Source: Utricularia gibba
Taxonomy: Eukaryota > Plantae > Magnoliophyta
Assembly (NCBI GenBank): GCA_002189035.1
Contig: NEEC01000008.1
Location: 3,224,001 to 3,288,000 of the forward strand
Reading direction: 5' to 3'
Length of the DNA stretch: 64,000 nt
The position numbers were made by a program, and so were the translations under genes. Below the pieces are notes generated by a model. It did not search any database. It was not told where the DNA came from and saw nothing but the letters and a program-made list of their open reading frames with translations. Of the stretch, positions 60,592 through 64,000 are shown piece after piece. The number at the start of each line of letters is the position of its first letter. Position 1 is the stretch's first letter.

Positions 60592-62468
60592 TCAGTCAGC
60601 TTTCTCTCTGTGTAGCTTGAAGATGCGATAAAATAATGACAGCAGCCATTGCCACACCAAATGTAGCCAACTTGTGGTCTCTGGTTTGGGTTGTGGCCTT
60701 GGACCAAACAACCCCTTGTACAGCTCCTTCTGTTTCTTATACAGAGCCTTGTCATGCTCTGCTAGTAGACGCAGCTCCTTGGCGATTGCTTTATCCTCTG
60801 GGGCGAACTTCCGGGCTTTCAGGAAATCCTCACGAGCAGCCTCTGTCTGCCCAAGCTCTGCTCTAGCTTTACCCCGCCGGAAGAGGGCTTTCACATTGTT
60901 CTCATCCTCTGTCAAAACCTTGAAACAAATGTGTGTATAAGCGAGGAACTCAGAAGTTGGGAAGTGCACAACTTGAATGAGTTACATACGATACTGCACT
61001 GAGCAACAGCTTCATCGTAGCGCTTGAGCTTTATTAGGCATGCTGCCAGGTTGAGATGACAAGGATTTTTAACTGCTATGGCCATATCGCGATACTTACC
61101 GAACAACTGGAACATGAAGTCATCTCCCAGATAAGCAATGGCCTGTGACATTGCACAACAACAAGTGAATGAATTCAAATAAAAGAAAATGCTCAGGAAA
61201 AATGTGCTACCATTTCATACTGCTGCATTGCCTCTTCTAGCTTTTCCTCTTTGAATAATGAATTCCCATCCATCTTTCTTCGATCTGCAGCTCCGATCCT
61301 CTCCTCTGCTGTCATGTCACTGCGAGCTTTCCCCTGTACATATAAAACAACTCTCAACATTTCAGAACTATCATTCTCCAGAAAATGAGAACTATGAACG
61401 ATTTGAGTGTCAGTATGGACCACATACTTCTCTCGTTTCATCAAAACCAATCAGCTCAACTTCATAAATAATATCTGCAAAGGGAGGCACGTTTGGAAAG
61501 GAGAAGTTTCCTTCTTTCCCGTATCCTAGTTCCCAGCCAACATGTAGCAGTGCCCGCTCGCCGGAATTCATGCTGGAAACTCCAATTGCCAACCCAGCCA
61601 TTTCATTTTTCTCTGAAGTAAACACAGGTTTACAATGCTTGAACTCATAACACTTTATTCATAACCAAGGCAGTATTAAAAATAAGTGAATCCTTTCACA
61701 AAAATGAAAGAGCTTTAAGAAGGTTGCATAGAAGAAACATGGGTTGAATGTCAACCAAGTCAAAAGGTCCAAAAAAGTCTAAAAAAGAAGCATCTGATGT
61801 CACAAATAAGTACTGATTTATGCAAACCTTTCCCTAAAATGAGCTCTAGAGGCTGTTTTTCAAGCCATGTGTCTTCAAATTTGTGAAGACTACTTTTAAC
61901 CCACGCCCTGTAATGCACTGCAAAGGAAAGAGGGTTCGAAAGTAAGCAAACCTTAAATTCTTGAGAGAAAAACTTGTAAACTTCATGGGAAAAACGCATT
62001 TCGAGGGCACTAAAACGCAACCAAAGAGTTCATACAATTTACTTACAGAAGCAAGTTGAATACTTTGATGGCTTCTTGTCATGACCTTCCTTAATAATTT
62101 GTTTCTTAACTTTCTCATGAAGAATTTCTACTTTGGAATCTACTTCAGGTGGCCCCTCTTCATCTTGGGGAAGATCACCACGCACAACTGATGAAGCTTC
62201 AGTAACAATATCATCATAATCAACCTGACCTGCAAAATCATCCCACACTTCAATACTTTTTTTTTGGGTGCATGTGAGACAAATGACAGAATCAAAAGAT
62301 CAAATGAAATTCTAATCAATAAAGCGTATACTTTCGGCAACAAATCATTTAGTGCAAGAAAGGATAGCCCATTTAGGATAAGACGACAATCGGAAAGAAC
62401 TGCACTGAATCAACGAATCCCTAATCCATCAAACCTGAGGGTAAATCCGCTTCCTCCAGTTCAACCAT
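60592..62468 (-). CDS. FKBP42: FKBP42 / TWISTED DWARF1 (FKBP domain, TPR, C-terminal membrane anchor)
   Basis: KQIIKEGH..KPSKYSTCF|VHYRAW; VGWELGYGKEGNFSFPNVPP; ERIGAADRRKMDGN; NPCHLNLAACLIKL; KALFRRGKARAEL; C-terminal WLHLVWQWLLSLF; first exon ATG at 62468. Confidence 0.95.
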
Positions 62469-63024
62469 CACTGAGTTATTTCTTCGACCGGAGGATCCTC
62501 ACAGCACAGCCAAAAAAATACCAAATCAATTCTCTGAGCCGAAACTAGAGCACCCACAATCACGCTCAAAGCATAGATTGGGTCTACTCTTTCAGAGAAA
62601 ATAACCCAGAATCGGAATTCTCTCACCGGAGACTGCGAAGGGAGAAATTATCGTCACTCATCACTCACATTCTCGAAAGTTCGACGTAAACTGCCGTGTA
62701 GATTCCGAGTCATCACTCACGTTCTCGAAAGTTCGTCATCAAGACTGGTAGTCGTTCAATTTCTTTCAAGGATAAAATAATATGTAAAATTGTTTCTTAA
62801 TAAAAATACGAATAATTTTTATCGCATGAAATGGTCAAAAAAATTCAAATAAAAATATTAAAGTACAAACATTTTTCTTAAAAAATAATTACAATAATTG
62901 ATTGCAATACTACAAAATACCCCAAATGTGACCCTAAATTGATGCCAATGCAACCCTAGGGCTACCACAAATGTGGCTATTTGGTATTTGCCTTGCTCCT
63001 CTTGTGTGCATCTCTTCTACTGAA

Positions 63025-64000
63025 TCAGACAGGGGGAGGAGGCAACTCCAACAGCAACCAAAATCCAACACACTCATCTGAATCCAACTCATCTTGAATG
63101 GCAAGGAAGTGCAGCCCTCCACAAGCAGTTTTAGCTGCTTCCCATGCCTCGGCTTCTCCGGTTGTCGCCGGCGTCTTCTTGTACGTTGCGTAGATGTATC
63201 GTGTCGAAATCCCGACAGAAAGAACCAGGTAGCCCTTGCTTGTATCAGCCACTATTGAGCACACTTCCAGACCATCCATCCAAGCTATGCAACATATAGT
63301 TGGGATCAGCATTAGCATTATGCCAAAGTTCAAGGAACTCAAAGGTTTCAAACTTAGCGTGCATGAAGTACCTGCCAATGGCTGAGCTCTAGAAGATGCA
63401 ACAGCAATTCCAGGTATGAGTTTGTCTTCTGGAACTTCAATTCCTAGGAGATCCAAATCTATACTTGATCCGAATGTGAATTGTGTCTTGAGTGATCTGA
63501 CTGCCTCTCGAACCTCTGTGGATACATGGGGCAGCATCATATTATGAACTCGATTTGGATGAAACAATGAGCAGGAGTATGCAGTGTATAGAGTGTACCT
63601 AAGAAAGGTAACTGGACAAACGCCCATTTGTCTCCATAGAGATTTTCAGGAAGATCAACAGGGAATGGATTATCTAGTGAAGCAAGTGGCTTCGACCCTT
63701 TTTGGAATCCTGGGTGCTGAGTGTAGACAGTTTCATAGCGTTCTTCTAACCATAAAAGGAGGGAGAGGCACTACATAGGAAACGCCAATGTGAACTGATA
63801 GCAAGTTGGAAAACAACACAAATGATTCCTTAGCTTACTCTTTTGCTTGGAATTGCGTTGATTGACAACTCATTGCAAGCTCTTGTGATGATTGTTTGCA
63901 TTTGAGACCTGTGTCATTCATGTACCCCATTTCGCTCATAAAATACCACTTGTAAAATAGAACCACAGAAAACAAAGCTATCACCACCTGAAGAACCTGA
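63025..64000 (-). CDS. ATAB2: Chloroplast RNA-binding protein Tab2 homolog (DUF1092), 5'-truncated by the window edge
   Basis: RFFR|[11 protein letters not shown]; [19 protein letters not shown]; KWAFVQLPF; AWMDGLEV; [24 protein letters not shown]. Confidence 0.92.

Noticed and set aside
1-64000. CRISPR arrays, prokaryotic operons, intact retrotransposon or transposase ORFs
   Set aside because: No regular repeat-spacer arrays and no RT, integrase or transposase motifs; the sequence is spliceosomal plant DNA

Overview
Eukaryotic (flowering-plant, eudicot-like) nuclear DNA, not prokaryotic: no CRISPR array, operon, rRNA or convincing tRNA was seen. The window is very gene-dense, with about 20 protein-coding genes in 64 kb, mostly short introns and no intact transposon. 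Genes in order: F-box/PP2-A(+), SOC1/TM3-clade MIKC MADS-box(+), CCS52A/FZR(-), two tandem intronless subtilases(-), TPX2-like(+), ACR7/8(+), AT-hook AHL(+), DUF761-like(+), SMO1(+), ORP2-type oxysterol-binding protein(+), CCR-like SDR(+), DYW-PPR(-), GEM-like GRAM(+), TIO/FUSED kinase(-), DUF1308(+), TEX2-like SMP(-), FKBP42/TWD1(-), and partial ATAB2(-). From memory, the order MADS-CCS52A-TPXL-ACR-AHL-SMO1-ORP2 matches the Arabidopsis At4g22950-At4g22540 block and its At4g11880-At4g12460 duplicate; this needs a synteny check. Exon models were read by hand from splice signals and known family motifs. I see no clearly novel biological system. The best leads are: a subtilase paralog whose catalytic-Ser motif is GTSFASAH instead of GTSM.xPH; a 49-aa signal-peptide sORF below the ORF-track cutoff; four gene-like segments with no recognisable product; two GC-AG introns, one controlling the APC/C IR tail; and compact cell-cycle promoters.
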